This document shows positions 18,079 through 28,481 of a stretch of DNA of 61,253 nucleotides, piece after piece (the stretch's first letter is position 1; every line of letters begins with the position of its first letter). The notes under the pieces were generated by a model, which saw only the letters and a program-made list of their open reading frames with translations, had not been told where the DNA came from and ran no database searches. This DNA is from Endomicrobiales bacterium (GTDB taxonomy: Bacteria; Elusimicrobiota; Endomicrobiia; Endomicrobiales; CAWCFT01), in NCBI GenBank assembly GCA_963794945.1, contig CAWCFT010000007.1, positions 1-61,253 of the forward strand, given 5' to 3'. Both the position numbers and the translations under genes were made by a program.

Positions 18079-19449
18079 ATGAAAACAGCTAAAACAAAAA
18101 CTATTTTTCGCTGCCAGGAGTGCGGGTACAGCTCGGCCAAGTGGCTTCGCCGCTGCCCGGACTGCGGCAAATGGAATACGTTTGTAGAAGAAAAAAAGCA
18201 GGAAGAGCTAAACCAGAGGTTCGCTCGCCAGCTTACCGGCTTTTCTTCCGAAGTTACACCGCTTGAAAACGTTTCGGTTGACGATTTCCAGAGAGTAGAA
18301 ACCAACATACATGAGTTCGACAGGATGCTTGGCGGCGGTGTAGTGCCGGGTTCGCTGCTTCTTCTTGGCGGGCCCCCGGGGATAGGAAAATCCACTCTTA
18401 TGCTCCAGGTCTCCGAAGCTCTGGGAAAAAAAGAAACAGTGCTTTATGTCTCTGGCGAAGAATCCCTCTCACAAGTAAAATCCCGCGCTGACCGGCTTAA
18501 AATAAAGTCAGCTAATCTGTTTCTCCTCTCCGAGACTAACCTCGAAACTATACTAGAAGCGGTAAACAAAACAAATCCTAAAGTTTTAGTTATAGATTCC
18601 ATCCAGACTACGTTCCGCAGCGACCTCTCCGGTGCACCAGGTTCGGTCGGGCAAATACGCGAGTGCGCCGCCGAGTTCTTGAGAGTAGCCAAATCTAAAG
18701 GCATAACAGTTTTTCTTCTCGGGCATGTGACTAAGGAAGGCGATATAGCTGGCCCGAGGGTTTTAGAGCACATAGTTGACACAGTTCTGTATTTTGAAAC
18801 TGAGCGAGCTCAAGTATACAGGGTTTTAAGGGCTTACAAAAATAGGTTCGGCCCAACTAGCGAGATAGGTATATTCGAAATGAAGGGCGATGGGCTAAAA
18901 GAAGTCTCGAACCCGTCACAGATATTTTTGGGCGAACGTTCCATCAATACGCCCGGCAGCGCGGTTGTTTCCACAATTGAAGGCACAAGGCCGCTGCTTT
19001 TGGAAGTCCAGGCGCTTGTCGCAAAAGCGAACTTCGGTTTCCCGAAACGGATGGTCACAGGCTACGACAACAATAAGGTTACCATCATAATCGCTGTCCT
19101 TGAAAAACGCGTCGGCTTAAACCTGGAGACACAAGATGTTTTCGTAAACATTGCAGGCGGAGTAAAAATAAAAGAGACAGGTGTCGATCTTGGAATCGCT
19201 TGTGCGATAGCTTCCGGCAACGGGAACTTCGTTTGTCCGTCAAAGATGATAATACTCGGTGAGGTAGGACTTGCCGGAGAGGTCAGGTCCATCGCCCAGG
19301 TTACTGAACGCTTGATCGAAGCCGAGAAACTGGGGTTTGAAAAGGCTCTACTTCCCAAAGGCAATATTAAAGGTTTAAGCTATAAAGGGAAAATGCAGAT
19401 AACCGGTGTTGATACAGTTCAGGATGCAATCGCTAAGATCAGAGAATAG
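18079..19449 (+). CDS. radA: DNA repair protein RadA/Sms
   Basis: CQECG...CPDC, GPPGIGKS, KNRFG. Confidence 0.97.
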   Translation: MKTAKTKTIFRCQECGYSSAKWLRRCPDCGKWNTFVEEKKQEELNQRFARQLTGFSSEVTPLENVSVDDFQRVETNIHEFDRMLGGGVVPGSLLLLGGPPGIGKSTLMLQVSEALGKKETVLYVSGEESLSQVKSRADRLKIKSANLFLLSETNLETILEAVNKTNPKVLVIDSIQTTFRSDLSGAPGSVGQIRECAAEFLRVAKSKGITVFLLGHVTKEGDIAGPRVLEHIVDTVLYFETERAQVYRVLRAYKNRFGPTSEIGIFEMKGDGLKEVSNPSQIFLGERSINTPGSAVVSTIEGTRPLLLEVQALVAKANFGFPKRMVTGYDNNKVTIIIAVLEKRVGLNLETQDVFVNIAGGVKIKETGVDLGIACAIASGNGNFVCPSKMIILGEVGLAGEVRSIAQVTERLIEAEKLGFEKALLPKGNIKGLSYKGKMQITGVDTVQDAIAKIRE

Positions 19450-19467
19450 AAGCTTTGGAGGCTGAAA

Positions 19468-20628
19468 ATGTTCCGTTTTGTCACCGCAGGCGAGTCGCAC
19501 GGGAAAGAATTGATCGTAATACTTGAGGGAGTGCCGGCGGGCTTAAAGATCAAGGCGCCGGATATTAATGATGACCTTGCACGCCGCCAGCAGGGTTTTG
19601 GACGCGGCGCAAGAATGAAGATTGAAAAAGACGCTGTAGAGTTTATATCAGGCATAAGGCTCGGCGAAACGATAGGCTCGCCGATATGTATGGCAATAAA
19701 GAACTATGACTGGAAGAACTGGGAAAGGATAATGTCGGCTGAAGAGATAGACTTAGGAGAGAATACCACCCAGACAAGGCCGCGCCCCGGGCATGCCGAT
19801 CTTGCCGCTGCGATAAAATACGACAGGAAAGACTTGAGAGATATTTTGGAACGTGCTTCAGCCAGGGAGACAGCGGCACGTGTTGCCTGCGGGGCCGTAT
19901 GCAGAAGGTTCCTAAGCGAGTTCGGCATAAAAATATATTCTTTCACTAAGGAGATAGCGGGAGTAAAAGCTGACCTGAGCGGGCTTGGCGAGGAAGATAT
20001 AATTTCTCTTTCAGAGAAATCGCCTGTGCGCACACCGGACCAAAAAGCAGAAAAATCGATGATGGACTCGATATCTGCCGCAGAAAACAAAGGCGATACG
20101 GTAGGTGGTATTTTCACAGTTGTCGCGGCCGGGCTTTTTCCAGGCCTGGGCAGTCACGTCCAGTGGGACCAAAAACTCGATGCCAAACTTTCGATGTCTC
20201 TAATGTCGATACAGGCAATTAAAGGCATAGAGTTCGGCCTGGGTTTCGGGTTCGCTTCAAGGAACGGCTCGGAAGTTCATGACGAGATACTTTGCTCGAA
20301 GAAAACAGGTTTTTTCCGAAAAACTAACAACGCCGGAGGCATCGAAGGCGGGATATCTAACGGTGAAGATATAGTTGTAAACTGTGTAATGAAGCCGATA
20401 CCATCGTTAAAAAAACCCCTCTCATCCGTTAATATCATAACGAAAGAGAAAGAAGCCGCGGAGGCCGTAAGAAGCGACGTTTGCGCAGTACCAGCGGCAG
20501 GGGTCATCGGAGAGGCGGCGGTGTCATTCGAGCTCTCTTCAGCGATTAAGGAAAAATTCGGCGGCGACTCGATGAAGGAAATCAAGAATAATTTTGGTAT
20601 GTACCTTAAACAGGTCAAGGAATTCTGA
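19468..20628 (+). CDS. aroC: Chorismate synthase
   Basis: TAGESHG, RPRPGHAD, ERASARETA, RSDVC. Confidence 0.97.
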   Translation: MFRFVTAGESHGKELIVILEGVPAGLKIKAPDINDDLARRQQGFGRGARMKIEKDAVEFISGIRLGETIGSPICMAIKNYDWKNWERIMSAEEIDLGENTTQTRPRPGHADLAAAIKYDRKDLRDILERASARETAARVACGAVCRRFLSEFGIKIYSFTKEIAGVKADLSGLGEEDIISLSEKSPVRTPDQKAEKSMMDSISAAENKGDTVGGIFTVVAAGLFPGLGSHVQWDQKLDAKLSMSLMSIQAIKGIEFGLGFGFASRNGSEVHDEILCSKKTGFFRKTNNAGGIEGGISNGEDIVVNCVMKPIPSLKKPLSSVNIITKEKEAAEAVRSDVCAVPAAGVIGEAAVSFELSSAIKEKFGGDSMKEIKNNFGMYLKQVKEF

Positions 20629-20629
20629 A

Positions 20630-21164
20630 ATGAACCTTGCGATCACGGGTTTTATGGGGACCGGAAAATCAGCAGTAGGAAAACTGGTGGCGCAAAAACT
20701 GGGCTGGCAGTTCTTTGATATCGATGCGATCATTGAAGAAGAAACGGGGATAAAAATATCGGAGATCTTCGCTAAAAAAGGAGAGCCCTATTTCAGGGAA
20801 CTTGAAACAAGGGCAGTGAAACTGCTTGCTGTGCTGGATAAGGCTGTTATATCATGCGGCGGCGGGATTGTGCTGAAAGCAGAGAATATGGATGAATTGG
20901 AAAAGAACGGCAGGGTGGTTTGTCTTACCGCGAGTCCGGAAAAAATACTTCAAAGAACAAAAGGGAGCACCAGGCCGCTTCTGGCTGTAAAAGACCCGCT
21001 TTCAAAGATAAAGGAACTATTAGAGTCCCGTGAACAATATTACAAACGCTTCGAGCCTTGCGATTGACACGACAAATCTTTCGCTTGAACAAGTCGCGAA
21101 TTTGATCATGAAGGAAGTAGCACAAACAATGAAAATATTTAGTCAAACCGGTATGATAGATTGA
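20630..21164 (+). CDS. aroK: Shikimate kinase (indel near 21050)
   Basis: GFMGTGKS, GEPYFRELE, GGG, RPLL; the expected tail IDTTNLSLEQVA continues in another frame to 21164. Confidence 0.92.
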
Positions 21165-21212
21165 TTGTATTTTAGATTTTCAACGAATTCTTTTAGTTCA
21201 GGTAGGGTCGAT

Positions 21213-21689
21213 CTAAGATCTTTGTTCGAGTTTTTTAAAGACTTCTTTCAAATCTACGTCAGTATCTACACATCCATCCTTTGTGAGTGGCGTGAACTGG
21301 GCCACGAGCCCGTGTTTTTCACTTTCTTCCATCCCCATTACGCCTTCAAAATAACACGCGATTCCGAGCACGGCTTTAGGTTTAAGCTCTTCCGTGAGTT
21401 TTTTTACTGCCTTTCCGCCTTTAAGTATGTAGATGGCCTTGTATCCGAGTTCTTTTGACTTTTTGCTGATGCTACCTATCTTGCAGGCGCCGCATTCAGC
21501 GCAGATGTAGTAGCTTCCCATCTCTTTTGCTTCGCACTTTTGGATGTTCCTCATGCAGTGAGGAACAAAAACGACCCGCTCAGCGTAAGGCGTTGCCGTG
21601 AACTCGTGCGAGTTATTACTGTTTTTCTTATTGGTAATGGACTTATTCTTTTCTTCGTCAGTTATTTTTGTGAACTTGCACAGTTTCAT
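21213..21689 (-). CDS. DUF116-family Cys-rich protein
   Basis: FVPHCMR, CAECGACKIG, ILKGG, LGIAC, GCVDTDVD. Confidence 0.8.
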   Translation of the reverse strand: MKLCKFTKITDEEKNKSITNKKNSNNSHEFTATPYAERVVFVPHCMRNIQKCEAKEMGSYYICAECGACKIGSISKKSKELGYKAIYILKGGKAVKKLTEELKPKAVLGIACYFEGVMGMEESEKHGLVAQFTPLTKDGCVDTDVDLKEVFKKLEQRS

Positions 21690-21764
21690 ATTCAAGAATT
21701 TAGCAAAAAATGGTAGACTTATCAAGTTTTGTTTACATATGGCTGAATATTGCACGATCTTATT

Positions 21765-21793
21765 TTGCCATTTGCCGTGTATTTATGTATAAT
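21765..21793 (+). promoter_or_regulatory. Sigma70 promoter for a probably leaderless aroB mRNA
   Basis: TTGCCA-17 bp-TATAAT; ATG at 21800 without SD. Confidence 0.7.
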
Positions 21794-21799
21794 AAAACC

Positions 21800-22867
21800 A
21801 TGCTAAAACTGAATGTAAACCTTGGTAAAAGGACTTACCCGGTTTTTGTTGGAGCGAAGCTTGAGAATATCGGGCTTTGCCTTGAAAAAATGGGTTTTTC
21901 AAAGAAAGCGCTTGTGGTTACGGATCGTAACGTGGGCGCTATTTATCTGGGGGCAGTTTTAAAAAGCCTTGAGAGCTCGGGTTTTAATGCGGGATCGCTG
22001 GCTATTGGGCCTGGTGAACAAAATAAGAACATAAAGACAATACAGTCGATATACAGCGCCGCGGTTAAAGCCGCCCTTGACAGAAAGTCTGTGATTATAG
22101 CGCTGGGCGGAGGAATTGTGGGTGACCTGGCCGGTTTCGCCGCTGCTACCTATTTAAGGGGCGTTCCTCTTGTGCAGGTGCCCACCACACTTTTGGCGAT
22201 GGTGGACTCGTCTGTCGGCGGGAAAACTGGCTTCGACTTAAAAGAAGGAAAGAACCTTGTGGGCGCTTTTTACCAGCCCAAAGTCGTCTGGATAGATATT
22301 TCTACCCTGAAGACACTGCCAAAAAGGCACATCTCGAACGGCCTCGCGGAAGTGGTCAAATACGGCGTTATAAAGGACGCTACTTTTTTCAACTACCTGG
22401 AAAAAAACATTGCGAGGCTAGATGATAAAATTTTGGCGCATATAATATTCCGCTCGTGCCAAATAAAGGCGCGCGTGGTTGAAAAGGACGAGTTTGAAGA
22501 AAAGGGCCTGCGGGAGATACTTAACTTTGGACACACGTTCGGCCACGCGGCTGAAACACTTTCGGGCTACAGGGGCATACTTCACGGGGAAGCGATAGCT
22601 GCGGGTATGAATACGGCTTCGAGACTGTCTGTAAAACTGGGGTTGTTGAAGAACGGCCAGTTCCAGCGCATCCAGAGACTTCTCTCCGCGGCGGGGTTGG
22701 GCTTGTCATTTAAAGAAAAGTTCGCAGTGAACAATATTCTCAAAGTCATGATGCGCGATAAAAAGGTCAGGAATGGGAAGCTAAGGCTTGTGCTCCCGCT
22801 GGATATCGGAAGAGTCACCGTAAAGACGGACATATCGGAAAAACTCATAAAAGAGGCGCTAAAATGA
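21800..22867 (+). CDS. aroB: 3-dehydroquinate synthase
   Basis: [41 protein letters not shown]. Confidence 0.97.
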   Translation: MLKLNVNLGKRTYPVFVGAKLENIGLCLEKMGFSKKALVVTDRNVGAIYLGAVLKSLESSGFNAGSLAIGPGEQNKNIKTIQSIYSAAVKAALDRKSVIIALGGGIVGDLAGFAAATYLRGVPLVQVPTTLLAMVDSSVGGKTGFDLKEGKNLVGAFYQPKVVWIDISTLKTLPKRHISNGLAEVVKYGVIKDATFFNYLEKNIARLDDKILAHIIFRSCQIKARVVEKDEFEEKGLREILNFGHTFGHAAETLSGYRGILHGEAIAAGMNTASRLSVKLGLLKNGQFQRIQRLLSAAGLGLSFKEKFAVNNILKVMMRDKKVRNGKLRLVLPLDIGRVTVKTDISEKLIKEALK

Positions 22868-23295
22868 AGAAGATCCTTGTCATCAATGGCCCCAACCTCA
22901 ACCTTCTCGGTGAACGTGAACCGGACGTTTACGGTAAGGTGACACTCAAAAGTATATACAAGAGCATGGAAAAGCTGGCAAAAGAGCTTGATCTAGCGCT
23001 TGAATTTTTCCAGTCTAACCATGAAGGCCAAATAGTGGATAAAATTGGCGCGTCTGGAGATGAATTTTCAGCGATAGTTATGAACCCTGCCGCCTATACA
23101 CATACTTCCGTAGCTATTCGCGACGCTGTCGCCGCGTGCGGCCTGCCGGTCGTTGAGGTGCACATATCTAATATTTACAGCCGTGAGGAGTTCCGCCACA
23201 AATCGCTTATCGCTCCCGTAGCTGCCGGACAGATAGCCGGGTTTGGCAAGAACAGCTATTTGCTCGGGCTGCGCGTTGCGGCAGAGTTGATCTAG
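22864..23295 (+). CDS. aroQ: Type II 3-dehydroquinate dehydratase
   Basis: [32 protein letters not shown]. Confidence 0.97.
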   Translation: MKKILVINGPNLNLLGEREPDVYGKVTLKSIYKSMEKLAKELDLALEFFQSNHEGQIVDKIGASGDEFSAIVMNPAAYTHTSVAIRDAVAACGLPVVEVHISNIYSREEFRHKSLIAPVAAGQIAGFGKNSYLLGLRVAAELI

Positions 23296-23320
23296 CGCCT
23301 CTTACCTTCCAAAGGATATT

Positions 23321-24340
23321 ATGCCATCTCGAATAGTGAAAGTGATATCTAGACTTAGAAGCCCGGCTCATCTATTTACGGGGAAAATCGAAATATTCTA
23401 TTTGACCGGGATTGAGCTCGAGGGTTTTTGGCTCCTTGTGACAAAGTGTGGCCCGGCAATTTTTGCGCCTCGAATGCTTTCGGGACAGCTGAAAGAACTA
23501 TTGCCGGGTGTAGAGATACTCGCCAGTGATAGCCTTTTGGATAGCCTTGCCGGCTATCTCCGCGATAAAGGCATAAAGAAACTAGGTGTGAACGGGACAA
23601 TAATAAGTTACAAATTTTTCAATAAGCTTAATATGAAAATTAGATTGAAAGATGAAGGAGATGTGCTTGCTGAACATAGGATTGTAAAAGACAATTTAGA
23701 ACTTGATGCCATAAGAAAGTCATGCAAGATAGCTGTTTCAGCGATCGATTACATTAAGAGTCATGTAAAACCCGGAGTGACAGAAGAACAAATTGCCTTT
23801 AAAATTGAGGAGTTTTTCATAAAACACAATGCGCGCCCCGCGTTCCCGCTGATTATCGCTTCCGGGCCTAATAGTGCGAACCCGCACCATGTAAGTTCTT
23901 CAAGGAAAATCAAGCTAAATGATGTTGTTCTTATGGATATAGGTTGTATACATAAAGGCTACTGTTCCGACTTGACAAGAACCTTTTTTTTAGGTAAAAC
24001 TAATGGCTTGCAGAAAAGAGTTTATGCTGTAGTTGGGCGGGCTCACAAACACGCCATGGCCAGGGTTAAGGCCGGCGCGAGCGCGGCAAGCATTGACAAA
24101 GAAGCAAGGGAAATAATAAAGAAAGCGGGTTTCGGAGATAAATTCATACATACCACCGGCCACGGGGTAGGTATGGAGATCCACGAGGCGCCCAGGCTTT
24201 CTTCCCTGGACAAGACCGTACTAAAAGCCGGCATGGTGATAACCATCGAACCGGGCATATACATCGAAGGCGATTTCGGCGTAAGGATAGAAGATACGGT
24301 TGTTGTTACAAAGAAAGGACGAGAGGTAATCACTGTATGA
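23321..24340 (+). CDS. Xaa-Pro aminopeptidase (M24)
   Basis: DIG...YCSDLTRT, HTTGHGVG, HEAP, IEPGIY, GVRIED; precedes efp. Confidence 0.92.
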   Translation: MPSRIVKVISRLRSPAHLFTGKIEIFYLTGIELEGFWLLVTKCGPAIFAPRMLSGQLKELLPGVEILASDSLLDSLAGYLRDKGIKKLGVNGTIISYKFFNKLNMKIRLKDEGDVLAEHRIVKDNLELDAIRKSCKIAVSAIDYIKSHVKPGVTEEQIAFKIEEFFIKHNARPAFPLIIASGPNSANPHHVSSSRKIKLNDVVLMDIGCIHKGYCSDLTRTFFLGKTNGLQKRVYAVVGRAHKHAMARVKAGASAASIDKEAREIIKKAGFGDKFIHTTGHGVGMEIHEAPRLSSLDKTVLKAGMVITIEPGIYIEGDFGVRIEDTVVVTKKGREVITV

Positions 24341-24900
24341 TATTCACATCGGATTTCAAGAACGGACTCACGCTTTTAGTAGACGGAGAACCTTACCAGA
24401 TAATATGGTTCCAGAACCACAAGCCCGGCAAGGGTGGCGCGATGATGCGCACGAAGATGAGGCATCTCAGGAAAGGAAGCATCATCGAGCGCACTTTCAA
24501 ATCCGGCGAGCGTTTCCAGGAAGTAAGCCTAGAAAAACACAAGAAACAGTTCCTATATGCGGCCGGCAACGATTACCACTTTATGGATATGGAGACTTAC
24601 GAACAGATACATTTTCAGAAAGAAGACCTCGGCAATAATACTATGTTCCTCACTGAGAACCTTGAAGTCGATGCCATCTACCTTGACGGTGAATTCATTA
24701 GCATAGAGCTTCCCATGTCGGTGGAGCTCAGGGTAACTCACACGGTTCCCGGTATAAAAGGCGATTCAGTTTCTAACATGGTAAAACCAGCGACTCTTGA
24801 GACCGGAGCAGAAATATCCGTGCCTCTTTTTGTAAAAGAAGGCGACAAGATTAAAGTTGACACCCGCACCGGAGAGTATTTAGAACGAGTTACTGAATAA
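24337..24900 (+). CDS. efp: Elongation factor P
   Basis: KPGKG, KPATLETG, VDTRTGEY. Confidence 0.97.
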   Translation: MIFTSDFKNGLTLLVDGEPYQIIWFQNHKPGKGGAMMRTKMRHLRKGSIIERTFKSGERFQEVSLEKHKKQFLYAAGNDYHFMDMETYEQIHFQKEDLGNNTMFLTENLEVDAIYLDGEFISIELPMSVELRVTHTVPGIKGDSVSNMVKPATLETGAEISVPLFVKEGDKIKVDTRTGEYLERVTE

Positions 24901-24906
24901 TTTTAA

Positions 24907-25001
24907 AGCTATCAGCTTTCAGATATCAGCCGTCAGCAAAGGCAACAAAATATTTATGTTATTGCTGTTAACTGAAATCTGGCAGCTGAAATCTGACAGC
25001 T
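24907..25001 (+). repeat. Inverted heptamer array, AGnnnTC type (efp-accB spacer)
   Basis: AGCTATC AGCTTTC AGATATC AGCCGTC AGC ... GCT GTTAACT GAAATCT GGCAGCT GAAATCT GACAGCT. Confidence 0.85.
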
Positions 25002-25017
25002 AATATGAGGTAAAACT

Positions 25018-25455
25018 ATGAACGCGGAAGAACTGAAAGTATTTTTGACGTCACTTAAGAACACGGACATAGAAGAGCTGCGCTTTGAATCTGGCGAGAA
25101 CAAGATGTTCATCAAAAAAGACGACGTGACGCACATTCCCGAGCCAATAGAAAAAGTAGCGGCTGCAGGGCCTCAGGCGCCCGCGGAAGTAAAGCTCATT
25201 CCGTTCAAATCGCCGATGGTGGGTACTTTCTTCCATTCCGAGTCGGGCGACCATCCTCCTTTCGTTATAGAGGGTAATCACATCGTCCCGGGCCAGAAGA
25301 TAGGCATAATAGAGACTATGAAAATAATAAAGGATGTTACTTCAAACATAAAGGGCAAGATAGCCAAGATCTCTATCAAGAACGGCCAGTCGGTCGAGTA
25401 CGGGCAGGAACTTTTTCTTATAGACACCGAAGCCGGTGAAGAAGAGAAACAATAA
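25018..25455 (+). CDS. accB: Biotin carboxyl carrier protein
   Basis: SPMVGTF, IETMK, VEYGQELF. Confidence 0.9.
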   Translation: MNAEELKVFLTSLKNTDIEELRFESGENKMFIKKDDVTHIPEPIEKVAAAGPQAPAEVKLIPFKSPMVGTFFHSESGDHPPFVIEGNHIVPGQKIGIIETMKIIKDVTSNIKGKIAKISIKNGQSVEYGQELFLIDTEAGEEEKQ

Positions 25456-25494
25456 ATTCACGCTGCAGCACACTAAAGCAACAGGAGAGGCCAG

Positions 25495-26847
25495 ATGTTT
25501 AAAAAGATCCTAATAGCAAACCGCGGAGAGATAGCCTGCAGGGTGATCCGCGCGGCAAGAGAGCTGGGGATAAAAACAGTTGCCGTGCACTCCGAGATAG
25601 ACAGAGACTGCCTGCATGTGAAATTAGCTGATGAGTCGATCTGCATAGGCCCGAATTCTGCGGCCGAAAGCTATCTAAATATCCCGAGCATCATATCGGC
25701 GGCCGAGATTTCCGGCGCGGACGCGATACATCCTGGCTACGGTTTCCTGGCTGAAAACACATATTTCGCCGAAGTCTGCGAATCTTGCGGAATAAAGTTC
25801 ATTGGCCCGAGCAAAGAATCGATTGAAAAAATGGGAGATAAAATAAAGGCCAGGCAGCTGATGCAGAAGGCAGGTGTGCCTGTTGTGCCAGGTTCCGAAG
25901 GTTCGATCAACGTTGACGACCCCGAAATATTTAAGCTCGCCAAAAAGATCGGGTACCCCGTCATCGTTAAAGCAACAGCCGGCGGCGGCGGAAAAGGCAT
26001 GAGGGTCGTTGTCACGGAAGAAACACTTAAGAACGCTATAATAATGGCTAAGAACGAAGCGAAAGCGGCGTTCGGTAATGATGATGTTTACATGGAAAAA
26101 TATATAGAAGAGCCGCGCCATATAGAGTTCCAGATACTTGGAGACTCCAAAGGAAAAGTCGTATTCCTTCCCGAGCGCGACTGTTCGATACAACGACGCC
26201 ACCAGAAACTGCTCGAAGAAAGCCCTTCGCCGTTCATAGATGCGTCTTTGAGGCGCAAAATGGGCAAAGCTGCGAAGCACGCGGCTCAGGCTGTCAACTA
26301 TGTCACTGTAGGCACGGTGGAATTTCTGGTTGACAAGAACAAACATTTCTATTTTATGGAAATGAATACGAGGATACAGGTTGAGCATCCGGTGACAGAA
26401 ATGATAACGGGCCTCGACCTTGTAAAGGAACAGATAAAGCTTGCGGCTGGAGAAAAGCTGTCGTTCGATTCAGACGACATCGAGATACTTGGCCATGCAA
26501 TAGAGTGCAGGCTCAATGCTGAAGACCCGGACAAGGATTTTATACCGTCGCCCGGTAAGATATTGCAGTTCATCTCTACCGGAGGGCCAGGAGTCAGGGT
26601 AGACACGCATATTTATTCGGGTTACACCATACCCTCATATTACGACAGCCTGATCGCGAAGATCATAGTATTGGGCCATGACCGGGCGGAAGCCATTACA
26701 CGTATGCAGAGAGTATTAAAAGAAGTCAAGATAGACGGCATAAAGACAACTATACCGTTGCATAAAAAGATAATGGATAACGAGTATTTCCACAGGGGCG
26801 ATGTTTGCACTGACTTCCTGCCGAAGTACATATTTGGCGGAGAATGA
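25495..26847 (+). CDS. accC: Biotin carboxylase
   Basis: LIANRGEIA, HPGYGFLAEN, GGGGKGM, EMNTRIQVEH. Confidence 0.97.
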   Translation: MFKKILIANRGEIACRVIRAARELGIKTVAVHSEIDRDCLHVKLADESICIGPNSAAESYLNIPSIISAAEISGADAIHPGYGFLAENTYFAEVCESCGIKFIGPSKESIEKMGDKIKARQLMQKAGVPVVPGSEGSINVDDPEIFKLAKKIGYPVIVKATAGGGGKGMRVVVTEETLKNAIIMAKNEAKAAFGNDDVYMEKYIEEPRHIEFQILGDSKGKVVFLPERDCSIQRRHQKLLEESPSPFIDASLRRKMGKAAKHAAQAVNYVTVGTVEFLVDKNKHFYFMEMNTRIQVEHPVTEMITGLDLVKEQIKLAAGEKLSFDSDDIEILGHAIECRLNAEDPDKDFIPSPGKILQFISTGGPGVRVDTHIYSGYTIPSYYDSLIAKIIVLGHDRAEAITRMQRVLKEVKIDGIKTTIPLHKKIMDNEYFHRGDVCTDFLPKYIFGGE

Positions 26848-26863
26848 TAGATAGCTCGGCAGC

Positions 26864-26952
26864 AATTTTGAAAAAGACAGGAGGCGTCGCAGCCTCCCTT
26901 GGCTTTGAGCCCTCCGGGAAGCCAAATGGGCTCAAAACACTTTTTCAAAATT
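26864..26952. other. Intergenic three-way-junction palindromic element
   Basis: 13-bp perfect IR AATTTTGAAAAAG/CTTTTTCAAAATT enclosing GGAGGC/GCCTCC and TTTGAGCCC/GGGCTCAAA hairpins. Confidence 0.65.
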
Positions 26953-27012
26953 CAGCCTCGCTTGGCGGATAAAGTCAAAAAGAAAAGGGCAAGGTATCAG
27001 AGGAACGGGAAT

Positions 27013-27592
27013 ATGAGAGAAAAAATAGAACAGCTTATCCGGGAAAGCATCGATACCAAGAAAAAACTTCTTGAGCCTCAGCAGCTAGAGGTTTTAGAAA
27101 AGATTGCTGGAGCTATAATACAGGCTTATGGCGGAAAAAAGAAGGTTTTGATATTCGGGAATGGTGGCTCGGCGGCTGATGCTCAGCACTTTGCAGCTGA
27201 GCTCGTTCTGTAGGTTTGAAGTCAACAGGCGGGCGCTTCCGGCTATTGCGCTGACCACGGATACCTCGCTCATAACAGCGGCGGGCAACGACTTTGGCTT
27301 TGAGAACATATTTTCAAGGCAGGTAGAAGCTCACGCGAATCAGGGCGATGTAGTAATAGGCATTACGACCAGCGGTGGGTCGCCTAACGTTATAAAGGCT
27401 CTGGAACAGGCAAAAAAGCAAAACGCTGTAACGATAGGGTTCACCGGAAATAAAGAAAGCAAGATCAAAGAAATAACCGATATATGCTTTTGCGCTCCGT
27501 CATCGGTCACAGCGCGGATACAGGAGTGCCACGGCCTCGCCATACATGTGATCTGCTCGCTTATAGAGGGGGCCATGTTTGGGAAAAAGTAA
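27013..27592 (+). CDS. gmhA: Phosphoheptose isomerase (indel near 27205)
   Basis: GNGGSAADAQHFAAEL in one frame; RALPAIALTTD, TSGGSPNV, RIQECH in the next. Confidence 0.92.
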
Positions 27593-28067
27593 AGCAGTTG
27601 ATAAGATAATCGGCCGCAATGTTCTGGCTGGCGTTATAGCTGGCCTTAAGAGAAAAGGCAAGAAGGTGGTCTTTACCAACGGCTGCTTTGACCTCATTCA
27701 CGCGGGGCATATAACACTTTTTGAGAAAGCTAAGGCGCAGGGCGACATACTTATAGTCGCAATCAACTCAGATGCTTCACTGAAGGGCCTGAAAGGCCCC
27801 AAGAGGCCGCTCGTGCCGCAGAGCAGGCGTGCCTATGTTATAGCGGCTCTGGAGAGCGTGGATTTTGTGACGGTTTTCGGTGAGCAGACGCCTGCGAAAC
27901 TCGTCGCGGAACTTAAGCCCGATATATTGGTTAAGGGCGGCGATTACAAGATAAGCGAAATTGTAGGCAGGGAACACGTAAAAAAAGTCGTGAGGGTTCC
28001 GCTGGTCAAAGGCCAGTCAACTACTGAGCTCATAAGGCTCATAGTCAGCCGCTACGCGAAGTGTTAA
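27579..28067 (+). CDS. rfaE2: D-glycero-beta-D-manno-heptose 1-phosphate adenylyltransferase
   Basis: FTNGCFDLIHAGH, NSDAS, KGPKRP, LVKGGDY, STT. Confidence 0.93.
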   Translation: MGKSKAVDKIIGRNVLAGVIAGLKRKGKKVVFTNGCFDLIHAGHITLFEKAKAQGDILIVAINSDASLKGLKGPKRPLVPQSRRAYVIAALESVDFVTVFGEQTPAKLVAELKPDILVKGGDYKISEIVGREHVKKVVRVPLVKGQSTTELIRLIVSRYAKC

Positions 28068-28481
28068 ATGCCAGTTCAAAATAAAAGAAAGGTCTTTTTA
28101 AGAGTCATAGACGCGAACCTCAACCGGGCGAGAGAAGGGTTGAGGGTCATTGAAGATACCGCGCGGTTCGTTACAGGCAGCAACAACGCATTCAAAGAGC
28201 CGCGTTCGATGAGGCATTCGCTGGACAAGATAACACGAAGAATTTACCCGGAACTCCTCAGCCAGAGAGACTCATTTTCTGATGAGGGAAGAACAATAAA
28301 AGAAGCAAAAAAGAGAAAAGGGCTGAAAGCCCTCCTGAGCGCTAATTTCCGGAGGGTAGAAGAATCCCTTAGGGTGCTTGAAGAGTACGGGAAACTGGTT
28401 TCACCAGCTGCGGCGCCAGTGTTTAAAAAACTCCGTTTCAGGACGTATATTTTAGAGAGGGAATTTCTTGTTAAAAATTAA
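28068..28481 (+). CDS. ThiD2-like protein (stand-alone N-terminal domain of long ThiE)
   Basis: RVIDANLNRAREGLRVIED, ANFRRVEESLRVLEE. Confidence 0.8.
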   Translation: MPVQNKRKVFLRVIDANLNRAREGLRVIEDTARFVTGSNNAFKEPRSMRHSLDKITRRIYPELLSQRDSFSDEGRTIKEAKKRKGLKALLSANFRRVEESLRVLEEYGKLVSPAAAPVFKKLRFRTYILEREFLVKN

